Source: an uncultured Candidatus Saccharibacteria bacterium (GTDB lineage: Bacteria > Patescibacteriota > Minisyncoccia > Phycocordibacterales > CAYSCM01). Taken from it: a stretch of DNA of 64,000 nucleotides. The notes beneath the pieces are model-generated. The model had not been told where the DNA came from and searched no databases. It was given only the letters and a program-made list of their open reading frames with translations. Both the position numbers and the translations under genes were made by a program. Where the stretch lies: the NCBI GenBank assembly GCA_964429815.1, contig CAYSCM010000001.1:288001-352000 (forward strand). Direction: 5' to 3'. Of this stretch, positions 50,234 to 59,967 are shown one piece after another. Every line of letters starts with the position of its first letter. Within the stretch, counting starts at the first letter, position 1.

Positions 50234-51331
50234 ATGAAAGTCAAAGTTGCGAACACAAGCCTACACGGCGCAAAGAAAGCGAAAAAAGACGAGTTCTACA
50301 CTCAACTCGTTGATATTGAAAAAGAGCTGAAGCACTACAAAAACCAGTTTCGCGGCAAAGTCGTGTACTGCAACTGTGACGACCCGTTCGAAAGCAACTT
50401 TTTCAAATACTTTGCCGCAAATTTCAACGCGCTTGAGTTGAAAAAACTTATCACGACGAGCTTCGTCAAATCGCCTATCGCTGGTGGGCAGTTGCCGCTT
50501 TTTGAAATGCAGGGGCTAAAACCCGACGGCAAAGAACCGTTTAAAATTGCAATACGGGAGGTCCCAGACGCGGACGGCGACGGTGCAATCAATCTTGATG
50601 ATGTGAAGTATCTACTGCAGCACGACAAGAACACAGCAACCCCGCTGAAAGGAAACGGCGATTTCCGCAGCGATGAATGCATGGAATTTCTTAAAGAGGC
50701 AGACATCGTCGTGACAAACCCGCCATTCTCACTTTTTCGTGAATACATTTCGCAACTGGTAGAACACAACAAAAAATTCCTGATCATCGGCAACATCAAC
50801 GCCGTCACCTACAAAGAAGTGTTCCCTTTGATTAAGGCAAACAAACTATGGCTCGGTGCAAGTATCCATAGTGGGGACCGCGAGTTCCGAGTGCCGGAGG
50901 ACTACCCGCTAAACGCAGCTGGCTACCGAGTTGACAGCGACGGAAACAAATATATTCGCGTCAAAGGTGTGCGCTGGTTTACCAATCTCGATTACGACGA
51001 ACGCCACGACAGCGTTGTGCTTTACAAAAAGTATTCGCCAAAAGAATATCCTAAATACGATAACTACGACGCCATAAATGTGAACAAAACTGTTGATATT
51101 CCCATGGACTATAAAGGCGCTATCGGTGTACCAATTACTTTCCTTGATAAATACAGCCCCGACCAATTTACAATTCTAGGCGCACTAATCTCTGGTCCAC
51201 TTGGACAAGAGCTAGGAGCGACCAAAACAAAACAGATCAGGCCAAACGGAAAAACGACAATGGAATACGGGCCTATTATCAAGACGAAGGGTTATTACGG
51301 AAGGATTGTCATTAAAAATAAAACGCTATGA
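50234..51331 (+). CDS. N6-adenine DNA methyltransferase (EcoRI-methylase-like/phage Dam-like)
   Basis: DEFYTQ N-terminal motif and VTNPPFS (motif IV NPPF). Confidence 0.55.
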   Translation: MKVKVANTSLHGAKKAKKDEFYTQLVDIEKELKHYKNQFRGKVVYCNCDDPFESNFFKYFAANFNALELKKLITTSFVKSPIAGGQLPLFEMQGLKPDGKEPFKIAIREVPDADGDGAINLDDVKYLLQHDKNTATPLKGNGDFRSDECMEFLKEADIVVTNPPFSLFREYISQLVEHNKKFLIIGNINAVTYKEVFPLIKANKLWLGASIHSGDREFRVPEDYPLNAAGYRVDSDGNKYIRVKGVRWFTNLDYDERHDSVVLYKKYSPKEYPKYDNYDAINVNKTVDIPMDYKGAIGVPITFLDKYSPDQFTILGALISGPLGQELGATKTKQIRPNGKTTMEYGPIIKTKGYYGRIVIKNKTL

Positions 51332-52419
51332 AAATCGAGCTACAAAAAATAAAAATACGCGATGTCGTGAATGGCTACAAAGACAGCGCCGAGGAAGGCG
51401 TCGTAGCGTATGGTGGTAAGCTCGATATTCGTCCAAAGTACCAGCGTGAGTTCATCTACAAAGACAAACAGCGCGATGCGGTGCTTGATACGGTCAAGAA
51501 AGGATTTCCACTCAACGTTATGTATTGGATGGTGCGGGAGGACGGCGGTTATGAAGTGCTCGACGGCCAACAGCGCACCATCAGCATCGGCCAGTATGTC
51601 AATGGTGATTTCTCGCTCGGCGACCGCTATTTCCACAATCTCATCAAGGAGGAGCAAGAGCAGATTTTGAGCTACGAGCTGATGATTTATTTCTGTGAGG
51701 GCACAGATAAGGAACGGCTCGACTGGTTTAGGACAATCAACATCGCGGGCGAAAAGTTAACAGACCAAGAGCTTCGCAATGCTGTATACACTGGCCCTTG
51801 GCTTTCAGACGCAAAACTCAAATTCAGCAAGACGGGCTGTGCTGCCTATCACTTGGCAAACGACGGTGGGGCGCTCGTCAGTGGCTCGCCGATCCGACAG
51901 GAGTATTTGGAAACTGCACTCTCATGGATAAACAAGGGTGAGGTTGCGGCCTACATGGCGAAGCATCAGCATGACAAAGACGCTGAGAAACTATGGACTT
52001 ACTTCCAAGACGTAATTGGGTGGGCGCGAAAGACGTTCCCCAACTACCGCAAGGAAATGGCGCATGTGAACTGGGGTGAACTATACAATGAGTTCAAAGA
52101 CAAGAAACTGAATGCCGCCAAACTCGAAACCGAAGTCAAGAAACTAATGCAGGACGAGGATGTAACGAAAAAGTCCGGCATCTATCCGTATGTTTTGACC
52201 GGCAACGAGCGCGAACTTTCTATCCGCGCGTTCACCGACAAAATGAAGCGCGAGGCATACGAGCGACAAGACGGCGTCTGTCCGTTTTGCAAAAAGAAGT
52301 TTGACGTTTCAGAAATGGAAGCCGACCACATCACGCCATGGCATGAGGGCGGAAAAACAACAGCTGAAAACTGCCAGATGCTCTGCAAGCAAGATAACCG
52401 GACAAAGTCCGGGAAATGA
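51328..52419 (+). CDS. DUF262 (ParB-like) N-terminal domain fused to a C-terminal HNH endonuclease
   Basis: DGQQR motif of DUF262. C-terminal CPFC...DHITPWHEGG...NCQMLC...N HNH. ATGA overlap with the MTase. Confidence 0.6.
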   Translation: MKIELQKIKIRDVVNGYKDSAEEGVVAYGGKLDIRPKYQREFIYKDKQRDAVLDTVKKGFPLNVMYWMVREDGGYEVLDGQQRTISIGQYVNGDFSLGDRYFHNLIKEEQEQILSYELMIYFCEGTDKERLDWFRTINIAGEKLTDQELRNAVYTGPWLSDAKLKFSKTGCAAYHLANDGGALVSGSPIRQEYLETALSWINKGEVAAYMAKHQHDKDAEKLWTYFQDVIGWARKTFPNYRKEMAHVNWGELYNEFKDKKLNAAKLETEVKKLMQDEDVTKKSGIYPYVLTGNERELSIRAFTDKMKREAYERQDGVCPFCKKKFDVSEMEADHITPWHEGGKTTAENCQMLCKQDNRTKSGK

Positions 52420-52476
52420 ATCGAGAAGTCATCGAAAAAAACATGGCGACGAAATGACACAGACCATAAATATCCC

Positions 52477-53184
52477 ATGATAGAGCTACCATCTTGGCTT
52501 AAGATTGGAAAAATAATCGAAAAACTCGATTTCTCCAATTGGTTTAGTCGCCAGTTAAGAGATGATCAGCGTAAGTATGTGGGTGGGGACTACATCGAGA
52601 AAGTGGAAATACATAACCACGCTCCTTCAGGCACCATCGAGGAAGATCCGCTGGCCAGAGGACTGTATACGCTTGGTTTGGAAAGACGGCAGGTAGACAC
52701 GTACGGGGGCTTCTTCAATAGTTTTTATCTAGAAGTAGAGAAGAGACGGGAGCGTCAAATAACGAGAAGTGCTCATACCATGCTATTGGGTGCGGTTTTT
52801 GCCGTCGGGACAAAGTATCAAAACAATCCTGAGTGGAAAGAACACTGCTCATCGTCATTACGTGAAATATTCCACGAGTGGAGTGGCCCAGATGAATTCA
52901 GGCGGGACCTTGTTTCTGTCTACAACCACAGCAACGCAAAAGGAGGGCTTGCAACAGACGAGGAGGATAGTCTAACGTCATTTTGGCTTCTGTATCGATA
53001 TTTCTCTAGTATAGATCATCATCAAGCATCCGGAATACTGCACGCTCTACGCGCATTTCTTAGAGATAGCTCGCTTAAAATCGAGGACTGCGTGAATGAC
53101 GATATTTTTATTGAGAGAGCAAAAGATTTCTTCTCACATTTATCTCGTATTTCTGAAATCGCAAAGAAACGTACTGAACCATGA
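52477..53184 (+). CDS. hypothetical protein (235 aa), first gene of an unknown two-gene module
   Basis: ORF. ATGA-coupled to the next gene. Confidence 0.3.
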   Translation: MIELPSWLKIGKIIEKLDFSNWFSRQLRDDQRKYVGGDYIEKVEIHNHAPSGTIEEDPLARGLYTLGLERRQVDTYGGFFNSFYLEVEKRRERQITRSAHTMLLGAVFAVGTKYQNNPEWKEHCSSSLREIFHEWSGPDEFRRDLVSVYNHSNAKGGLATDEEDSLTSFWLLYRYFSSIDHHQASGILHALRAFLRDSSLKIEDCVNDDIFIERAKDFFSHLSRISEIAKKRTEP

Positions 53185-56177
53185 ACCAGATCGAATTACA
53201 CAACAGGATAGATGAGTACATTGCTCACGGCCCAGGGAAGGCTGCATGGACGGCTGTAAAAAAAATAACTGAGATTCACCTCGACGTGAAGAAGTATTTT
53301 TATACTAGAGCCGATGAAAAGTGGTTTGACTTGGTACGCGGAGATATTCTGAATGTGGCGAAGACAAAAGCTAGTGATCCCACGAAATACTCATATCAAA
53401 CGCCTGAGCTTGATTATTTGGCTCGGGTGGCTGAGATAATTCCACAGAAGGTCACTAAACTCATTTTAGACACTTCCATATCTAAAGAGAACTTCAATCC
53501 AGAAGTGGTTGATCGTTTTCTTTGGATTTCGAGCAAATTGCCCGCCGACCAACTTAAACGAGTAGTCGTGAAAATCCGCGATGATCAATGGATTCAACTT
53601 ATGGCGCCTTTCAATAGGTGGGTTTTTGAATATCAAAAGATGTTCGAGACGCTTGCAGTTGCCAAGGACCAGGACAGCATACTTATCCTTGCGGAAGCGG
53701 TTTTGCGGACACGTTCAAAGGATGAGCTGGCAAAGATTAACAATGGGATATCGACGGACAATCCCTTCTTCCTTTCAGACCTCAGCGAAACAGACATTTT
53801 CAGTCTTCTTGCCTCTTCTGATGATAAACATCTAGATGCTGCTCTTCGGGTCGCAACTAATGCACTCGCGGGCGTTATCAGGACTGGCGATCGAGAAGAT
53901 AACGTTTTTGAAATCGGTGAGATTTTTCACCTCTTTGATGTTGACTTTTTTTCTCTTGAATTGGGCAAGGGCCGACATTATTCACATAGAGATGAGGTCA
54001 GAGAACTGGCAGCCGTTGTCAAAACACTCGTGAATCGCTCTATTGGTAAGAGCTGCAACGATTCAAAAGAGACTCGCCGGATCTACGAACACATAGAACG
54101 TTTGCCGGATAGTCGATCCATGTGGCGACTGCGGCTCTATGTCTGGAGTCTGTGTCCGAAGGTGTTCAAGGACGAATTACAGACTGCATTTTTCAAGGGC
54201 CTAGAGTCGCGAGAAATGTTATGGCCAATTACAGGCGGTGCGGAATACGATCACGCTCTTAAAAGGTGTTTTGATGTTGTTCTGTCCGAGGAGGACCGGA
54301 AGGCATATATTCAACGTGCCTTTGAGATACTTGACGTGAATGAAGAGCACCCATACGGCTACGGTATATTTGCCAGTATCCAAAGGCATCTGTCAGAACC
54401 GCAGAAGCAGCGGGTGGAAGCCCTCTACAAGATGCCGCTTGATCCAAATTATACGCCTGAGCCTAGCGTAGGTCATTCGTATGCCGGCACAATAGTTTCG
54501 CAGTCACCCAAGGAGGCAGATGATGTCTGGGGAAAGCCGGTTCCGGAGATTGTACAAGCTCTAGAAACCCGCTTGACGCCGGAGCAACTACAAAAGATAG
54601 ACGGTAGGAAAGATTTTCTAAAACCGGTAAACGCAGAGGGGGTGGCGGATAAAATGCGGTCACAAATGAAAGAACGCACGAGTGAATATACCGCCAACGC
54701 GACTTTGTTTTTCGATAGAAAACTAATGGATCCACACTACACCTACTCCTTCTTCCGTGGCGTGGATGAGATTATTCGCTTGCATCGAGAAAAAGTGTCA
54801 GAAATAAACTGGCAGCAGATTATTGCGCTTGGTGTCGCAATTACGAAAGAAGGACAACGAGAGTCTTTTGATTTCACTAAGCGAGAAAGGGAGCACTTCG
54901 ATGCCTGGCTCGCAGGATGGATTGGTGTACACGACGGCCTCGGAGATGTTTTGCAGGATTATCTCCGAAATGATAACGGAATCACTGAGGAGTCCTTCAA
55001 TAAGAACCGGGAGGATCTTTTCAAGATTATTTGCTACCTACTCACCATACCGGATCCGGTTCCTAAGGACGAGCAACCTGAAACGGCTGGCATGACTACC
55101 ACGCCGCCCGGCGGAGAGAAATTAGTGAGCGATCCTTTCGCGATAGCCATTAACTCGGTTCGCGGCCGAGCATATCAAGCGTTCGTAATGTTTATGGAGT
55201 GGGATGGGCGTAAGTATGCGAAGGACGCAAAAGTGAAGCTATCTCCAGATGTATTGCAAGAGTACAAGGATCTTTTAGCGCGTGAAAATACCGGCGCAAT
55301 TTTCTTCATGTACGGACACTATCTACCGTTTTTCTACTTCCGCGATGTTAAGGAAGTCCGAAAGCTCCTCCCGCAAATATTTACGAGCGACAGTAAAAAG
55401 GTTCATCTGTATCTCGCGGCGTGGGAGGGTTATCTGACTCGTAGTCTCTATCGAGAGATGTTTGTCCAGCTACAGGGTGAATACGAACGAGCAATCAAAA
55501 ATAATCCTGACTCTTATCCGAAAAGAAATTACCGTGCAGACCTTGACGAAGCATTAGCAACTCATATGGCATTGGCGTACATCCACTTCGAGGATTTCAC
55601 GCTTGATTCAAGTCTGTTCAAACTTTTTTGGAGCACTCCAAACCAAAAGAGGTATCAAGAGTTTGTATCATTCATCGGACGCTATGTGATCTCGAAAGAT
55701 CATGCAAAGGAGAATCTCGCTGAAAATCCTGAGATCAAACTTTCTAAGCTTATTGACTTCTGGGATTGGACGCTTGAATACGTTAATGACCCGGATGTAT
55801 TTGCCGAATATGGTTTCTGGATGGATACAACCGGTGGTTTATATGACGATGTAACGGCACTTGCCCGAAGGATTCAGAAAACACTCAAAAAATCTAAAGG
55901 TAAAGTCGACTGGGAGATTAAGCTAATGGATTCGCTCCCGACGTTGGCGGCAGCAGTCCCCAAGGACACACTGGAGATTTTACGACTTTATCTCAAACCA
56001 CTTGATGTGAGCCCACGCAGTCGACACTTCATGCATGTCGACGCCGACCTTGTAAATATTTTCAGGACGCTGCATAAGAATCCAGAGACTCAAGACGAGA
56101 CTTATAAGTTGATCGACGAACTCCTGCCGTTGGGGAATGGGGTGTATTGGAAGTTGAAGGAGGCCTTAACGGAGTAG
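53181..56177 (+). CDS. large hypothetical protein (998 aa), no recognisable catalytic motifs
   Basis: Long uninterrupted ORF, predicted helical/repeat-rich. No Walker A or nuclease motifs seen by eye. Confidence 0.4.
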   Translation: MNQIELHNRIDEYIAHGPGKAAWTAVKKITEIHLDVKKYFYTRADEKWFDLVRGDILNVAKTKASDPTKYSYQTPELDYLARVAEIIPQKVTKLILDTSISKENFNPEVVDRFLWISSKLPADQLKRVVVKIRDDQWIQLMAPFNRWVFEYQKMFETLAVAKDQDSILILAEAVLRTRSKDELAKINNGISTDNPFFLSDLSETDIFSLLASSDDKHLDAALRVATNALAGVIRTGDREDNVFEIGEIFHLFDVDFFSLELGKGRHYSHRDEVRELAAVVKTLVNRSIGKSCNDSKETRRIYEHIERLPDSRSMWRLRLYVWSLCPKVFKDELQTAFFKGLESREMLWPITGGAEYDHALKRCFDVVLSEEDRKAYIQRAFEILDVNEEHPYGYGIFASIQRHLSEPQKQRVEALYKMPLDPNYTPEPSVGHSYAGTIVSQSPKEADDVWGKPVPEIVQALETRLTPEQLQKIDGRKDFLKPVNAEGVADKMRSQMKERTSEYTANATLFFDRKLMDPHYTYSFFRGVDEIIRLHREKVSEINWQQIIALGVAITKEGQRESFDFTKREREHFDAWLAGWIGVHDGLGDVLQDYLRNDNGITEESFNKNREDLFKIICYLLTIPDPVPKDEQPETAGMTTTPPGGEKLVSDPFAIAINSVRGRAYQAFVMFMEWDGRKYAKDAKVKLSPDVLQEYKDLLARENTGAIFFMYGHYLPFFYFRDVKEVRKLLPQIFTSDSKKVHLYLAAWEGYLTRSLYREMFVQLQGEYERAIKNNPDSYPKRNYRADLDEALATHMALAYIHFEDFTLDSSLFKLFWSTPNQKRYQEFVSFIGRYVISKDHAKENLAENPEIKLSKLIDFWDWTLEYVNDPDVFAEYGFWMDTTGGLYDDVTALARRIQKTLKKSKGKVDWEIKLMDSLPTLAAAVPKDTLEILRLYLKPLDVSPRSRHFMHVDADLVNIFRTLHKNPETQDETYKLIDELLPLGNGVYWKLKEALTE

Positions 56178-56178
56178 C

Positions 56179-56397
56179 TTAGAGGAAATACTCAACATTC
56201 TTTCCGTATAGCTTCGCCAGCTTGTTGAGCCATATTGCTTCTACCCGCAATTCTCCCAGCTCAACTTTCGACACCCACGACTGAGAGCATTTGAGTTTGT
56301 CAGCGACCTCGGCTTGTGTCAGCCCCGCATCAAGGCGGGCTTTCCTCAGTCGCTTCACGAATACAGCCCGCTCGTCAGTATGAATGGACTTTCTCAT
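56179..56397 (-). CDS. XRE-family HTH transcriptional regulator
   Basis: LTQAEVADKLKCSQSWVSKVE helix-turn-helix. Confidence 0.7.
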   Translation of the reverse strand: MRKSIHTDERAVFVKRLRKARLDAGLTQAEVADKLKCSQSWVSKVELGELRVEAIWLNKLAKLYGKNVEYFL

Positions 56398-56527
56398 ACC
56401 TATAAGCGTCTATTCCGTTATGGGATATTCCAAAATGGAATATTCAATGTTAGGCTACGAATGTCCGACAAAGGCAAGAGTTGGTAACCTCCTTCGCAAG
56501 CCTCCGAATCTAAGTTAGGAACACCAC

Positions 56528-56995
56528 ATGGACCCTATATCCAATAACAAGCGTAATACCATCCTTACCGGCGTCTCCGGCGAGTACTACGTCGCCGCTG
56601 AACTTTCGCGTCGTGGATACCTCGCCTCTATCACACTTCGCAACACCAAAGGCGTAGACATCCTCTGCTCAAACGCGGAGGCGAGTAAATCTGTAGGTAT
56701 CCAGGTAAAGGCAAAGTCGGGTAATGATCGTGTATGGATTCTCAACGAGAAAGGAGAACATTACTACGCGAACAATCTCTTTTACGTTTTTATCAACATC
56801 GACGACGGTCTCAACAAGCATCCTGAGTACACGGTCGTGCCCAGTAAGGTAGTTGCCGAGTACGCTCGCGAGTCGCACGCGAGGTGGTTAAGCGAACCGA
56901 AGAAGGACGGCAGCGCTCGCAAAGACACGACTATGCGGAAGTTTCAGGATCCGGAGGAGAAGTATCTTGGTCGGTGGGATCTGTTGGGTCTTTGA
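56528..56995 (+). CDS. PD-(D/E)xK nuclease superfamily protein (DUF4365-like)
   Basis: GEYYVAAEL ... GVDIL ... IQVKAK resembling the D...(E/Q)xK core. Confidence 0.4.
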   Translation: MDPISNNKRNTILTGVSGEYYVAAELSRRGYLASITLRNTKGVDILCSNAEASKSVGIQVKAKSGNDRVWILNEKGEHYYANNLFYVFINIDDGLNKHPEYTVVPSKVVAEYARESHARWLSEPKKDGSARKDTTMRKFQDPEEKYLGRWDLLGL

Positions 56996-57560
56996 ATTCG
57001 TTCCCGTATTTCTCATTCAACCTCTCGAGTGTCTTTTTGCTAATAACGATCTGCCCGTTTTCGTCTGAAAATGCTTCAATTAGGTCTTGTTTTCTCTGTC
57101 TCTCAACTTCGTCAAGGAATTTCTTCAACGAAGCCTCTCTGACAAGTAACTTCCCGTCGGGGCCGGTGAACATCCTCCGCAATTTCTTCAGGTCGATTTC
57201 CATCTGGTAGTCGGGACCGAATTCCTCATAGTCGTCGAACTTATCCATGAGCGGTATCTTCTCCTCCTCGCCGCGAAGCTTCGGGCTGTAGAACTTGCTG
57301 TTGTGCGTGAGGAAGAATTTGGAGTCCGCCTTGTCCCCGTTGTTGATCCCTTTGATGATGTTCGACTCCGCCTTCTCGCTCACGGCCTCCCGGCTCACTC
57401 TCCGCACGGTTTCCGCGGCCCGCTTGAATTCCGGGTCGTCGTGCATCCACCGGTATATGGTCATGCGCGTAACGTCGACCTTTCGCGCGGCCGTGCCGAT
57501 AAACGGCGTGGTCTCCAACGCCTTGAGGAATTCCTCGCGTTTATCGGCACCGTGCGTCAT
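56931..57560 (-). CDS. phage terminase small-subunit-like HTH protein
   Basis: N-terminal FIGTAARKVDVTRMTIYRWM HTH typical of TerS. Acidic C-terminus. Confidence 0.35.
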   Translation of the reverse strand: MTHGADKREEFLKALETTPFIGTAARKVDVTRMTIYRWMHDDPEFKRAAETVRRVSREAVSEKAESNIIKGINNGDKADSKFFLTHNSKFYSPKLRGEEEKIPLMDKFDDYEEFGPDYQMEIDLKKLRRMFTGPDGKLLVREASLKKFLDEVERQRKQDLIEAFSDENGQIVISKKTLERLNEKYGNEFKDPTDPTDQDTSPPDPETSA

Positions 57561-57563
57561 AAA

Positions 57564-58925
57564 CTAGCCGATCTTCACGCGCTTCTTGCCTGTGAACTTC
57601 TCCCAGCGATTGAGAATTACTTCGGCGTACACAGGTGATTTCTCAATCAGGAAACAACGCCGACCAAGCGTGATGGATGCGATGAGCGTCGACCCGCTCC
57701 CGCCGAACGGCTCAAGCACGAGCTGCCCGCGCTTCGTGAGCGTCTTGATGTACGGCACGAGAATCTCGATCGGTTTTACGCCGAAGATGATCGCTTGGCC
57801 TGAAGATTTTTCATCAGCGGCATTGAACTCGATGAAATCGGTCGGGCAGTATTTCTTGTCTTTGCCGTAGCTCTCCCAGTGTGCGCCCTTGCCGTCAATG
57901 GCAAAGAGTGCCGTTTGGTACTCGTTCTCGTACAACTCCTGTTCGTTCTCGAGATTCAGACCGCTGTACTCCTCGCTCGTGCCGACCATCGCGATGTCGT
58001 GCTTGGAGAAGAACTTATTGCGCCCCGCGTATCCTTGGTTGCGGTTCGGCAAGTGCCACACGATCATATTGCGCACCTTCCAGTGCTTTTCCATCTCACT
58101 CCAGATTTCGCGAATGTTCTTCCAGTTTTCGTAGCAGATGATTGAGAAGTCCTTATTCGCAACTTTCGCAACATTGCTCATCCATTTCTCGGTGAAATCG
58201 GCTGGCAATGATTCTGTTTCAAGATAGCGACGGTTCTTCTTCGAGCCGAACCCAACCGTTGGCTCGCCATTGCGGGTCTTGCCTTTGAGGTAGTCCAGCC
58301 GATACGGAGGGTCCGTCATAACCATGTCCGCCTTTTCGGACATGAGCTTGAGCACATCTTCTTCGATAGTGCTGTCCCCACAGAGAAGCCGCGAACCGTC
58401 GAGCTCGTACACGTCGCCCTTCCGCACACCGATTGTTTTGATGTCGAGCTTTTTGAGCTCTTTCTCAAGTGAGAATTCCGCCTCCGTAGAATCTTCCTCA
58501 AAGATGTTGTCGAGTTCTTCGGAATCGAAGCCGACAGCCTCAAGGAATGCTTCGTCGAACTCGGCGAGCAACAGGTCGTAATCCCACTCACCGACAGCCT
58601 TGTTGAGGCGGAGGCAGAGGTCCTTCTCTTTTTCGATATCGGCAATGTGGACGAAGACGCACGGCACCTCCTTGTACCCGAGATCTTTCATGACTTCGAA
58701 GCGGAGGTTGCCGCCAATAATGACGTTCTCGCGCTCCTTGGCGCGGTTTACTACAAGGGGATCAACACTTCCATGCCGCTCAAGACTCTCGCGCACGGGC
58801 TTCTTCGTGTCATCGTTGACCAAACGAGGATTATATTCGGCGTGCTTAAGGCTGGTAATGGGAACATATTCGACCCACAGTTTGTGAGCCGTATCCGCAG
58901 AGACTGCGACAGTGTTTTTAGTCAT
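57564..58925 (-). CDS. ParB-like nuclease domain fused to N6/N4 DNA methyltransferase (phage-type orphan MTase)
   Basis: N-terminal ParB/Srx region. DPPY motif IV and EPFGGSGST motif I. Confidence 0.7.
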   Translation of the reverse strand: MTKNTVAVSADTAHKLWVEYVPITSLKHAEYNPRLVNDDTKKPVRESLERHGSVDPLVVNRAKERENVIIGGNLRFEVMKDLGYKEVPCVFVHIADIEKEKDLCLRLNKAVGEWDYDLLLAEFDEAFLEAVGFDSEELDNIFEEDSTEAEFSLEKELKKLDIKTIGVRKGDVYELDGSRLLCGDSTIEEDVLKLMSEKADMVMTDPPYRLDYLKGKTRNGEPTVGFGSKKNRRYLETESLPADFTEKWMSNVAKVANKDFSIICYENWKNIREIWSEMEKHWKVRNMIVWHLPNRNQGYAGRNKFFSKHDIAMVGTSEEYSGLNLENEQELYENEYQTALFAIDGKGAHWESYGKDKKYCPTDFIEFNAADEKSSGQAIIFGVKPIEILVPYIKTLTKRGQLVLEPFGGSGSTLIASITLGRRCFLIEKSPVYAEVILNRWEKFTGKKRVKIG

Positions 58926-59012
58926 ATGGTTACGACTATTAACGAATAATAGGAGACGCTATGCCTCCTGTATGTAGTAGTCGCCGGAAAATCGGAGTTT
59001 AATACCCGCCCC

Positions 59013-59453
59013 TCACAGCTCCAATCCTGCGGGATATACTCGATTGGTTATGTAGGTATCACGCCCCGCGCGGCGGCGGAGGTCCTTTATTCCGTTTTTG
59101 AGAATGCTAAGAACGTATGTACGCGGCGCTGCGCCATTTTTGTGCTTGAAATTGAGCTTCGCGTTGATAAGCCGCAACTTCAGTTCGCTTTCTATATCAT
59201 CGGGGTCAAGATCTGGAACCCACTCGTATTCAGCAATCTTTCTGATGTCCGCGCTATATTGCAAATAGAGTTTAAAATTCGGTGCCATGCAATGGATTCT
59301 ACAACCGGTGTTCGAGTAAAAGGTGCCAGGCGAGAACGCAAAAATCTCCAATGACCCTAAATGAAGCATTCGAGATTTTTGAAAACGGTGGATAACTGAT
59401 TTGACGGGTTTTCGCAAAACTCTTGAGTGTCGTAACATTCGTATCATTTTCAA
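59013..59453 (-). CDS. hypothetical protein (C-terminal region sigma-70 region-4-like)
   Basis: ORF only. Confidence 0.25.
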   Translation of the reverse strand: MKMIRMLRHSRVLRKPVKSVIHRFQKSRMLHLGSLEIFAFSPGTFYSNTGCRIHCMAPNFKLYLQYSADIRKIAEYEWVPDLDPDDIESELKLRLINAKLNFKHKNGAAPRTYVLSILKNGIKDLRRRAGRDTYITNRVYPAGLEL

Positions 59454-59557
59454 AAAATGACCCCAACCGAGACGGGTCAGTTTGCTATCATGAAAGTCTC
59501 CAAAGAATCCTTATAGTGTCTTACCACTCTGGGTTCTGAACCGGAGCGGCCAGCAGA

Positions 59558-59851
59558 TTACTTGGATTTCAAATAAAGCTCGCTGTATTTAATCATCGCG
59601 TTTTCGATGACTTTGAGACCCCTGCCTTTTCCCGTTGCGGTATAGATCCCCTCTTTTGATTTTGCGATTAAGCCGAGCTTCTTGAGGCGCATGAGCTTAA
59701 GGGTAAGCGTGCGGGTCGATATTCCTTGAAGCCAGCCCTCAAGCTCAGAAAAACGCTTCGGTCCTTCCGTAAGCGCTCGCATGATAAGCATCGTCCAGGT
59801 GTCAGAAAGGAGTTCGGCAACCCTGGTAATAGGGCAGGTCTCTTTGGTCAT
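59558..59851 (-). CDS. HxlR-family transcriptional regulator
   Basis: CPI..V...L.D.WT.LI.R...GPKRF.EL...GIS.R.LT..L..L...GLI. Confidence 0.7.
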   Translation of the reverse strand: MTKETCPITRVAELLSDTWTMLIMRALTEGPKRFSELEGWLQGISTRTLTLKLMRLKKLGLIAKSKEGIYTATGKGRGLKVIENAMIKYSELYLKSK

Positions 59852-59871
59852 AGCTGTACTCTAGCATAGAA

Positions 59872-59930
59872 GACTTTACAAAGTAAAGTCTTTATTGTGG
59901 GGCTATGGAAACTGCTTTACAAAGTAAAGT
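59872..59930. promoter_or_regulatory. two copies of palindromic operator GACTTTAcaaagTAAAGTC in the hxlR/LUD divergent promoter
   Basis: Perfect 7-5-7 palindrome at 59872-59890 and an imperfect copy at 59914-59930. Confidence 0.45.
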
Positions 59931-59967
59931 ACTTAGTGGAATATAGTGCTCTACTAGCTTCTATTTC

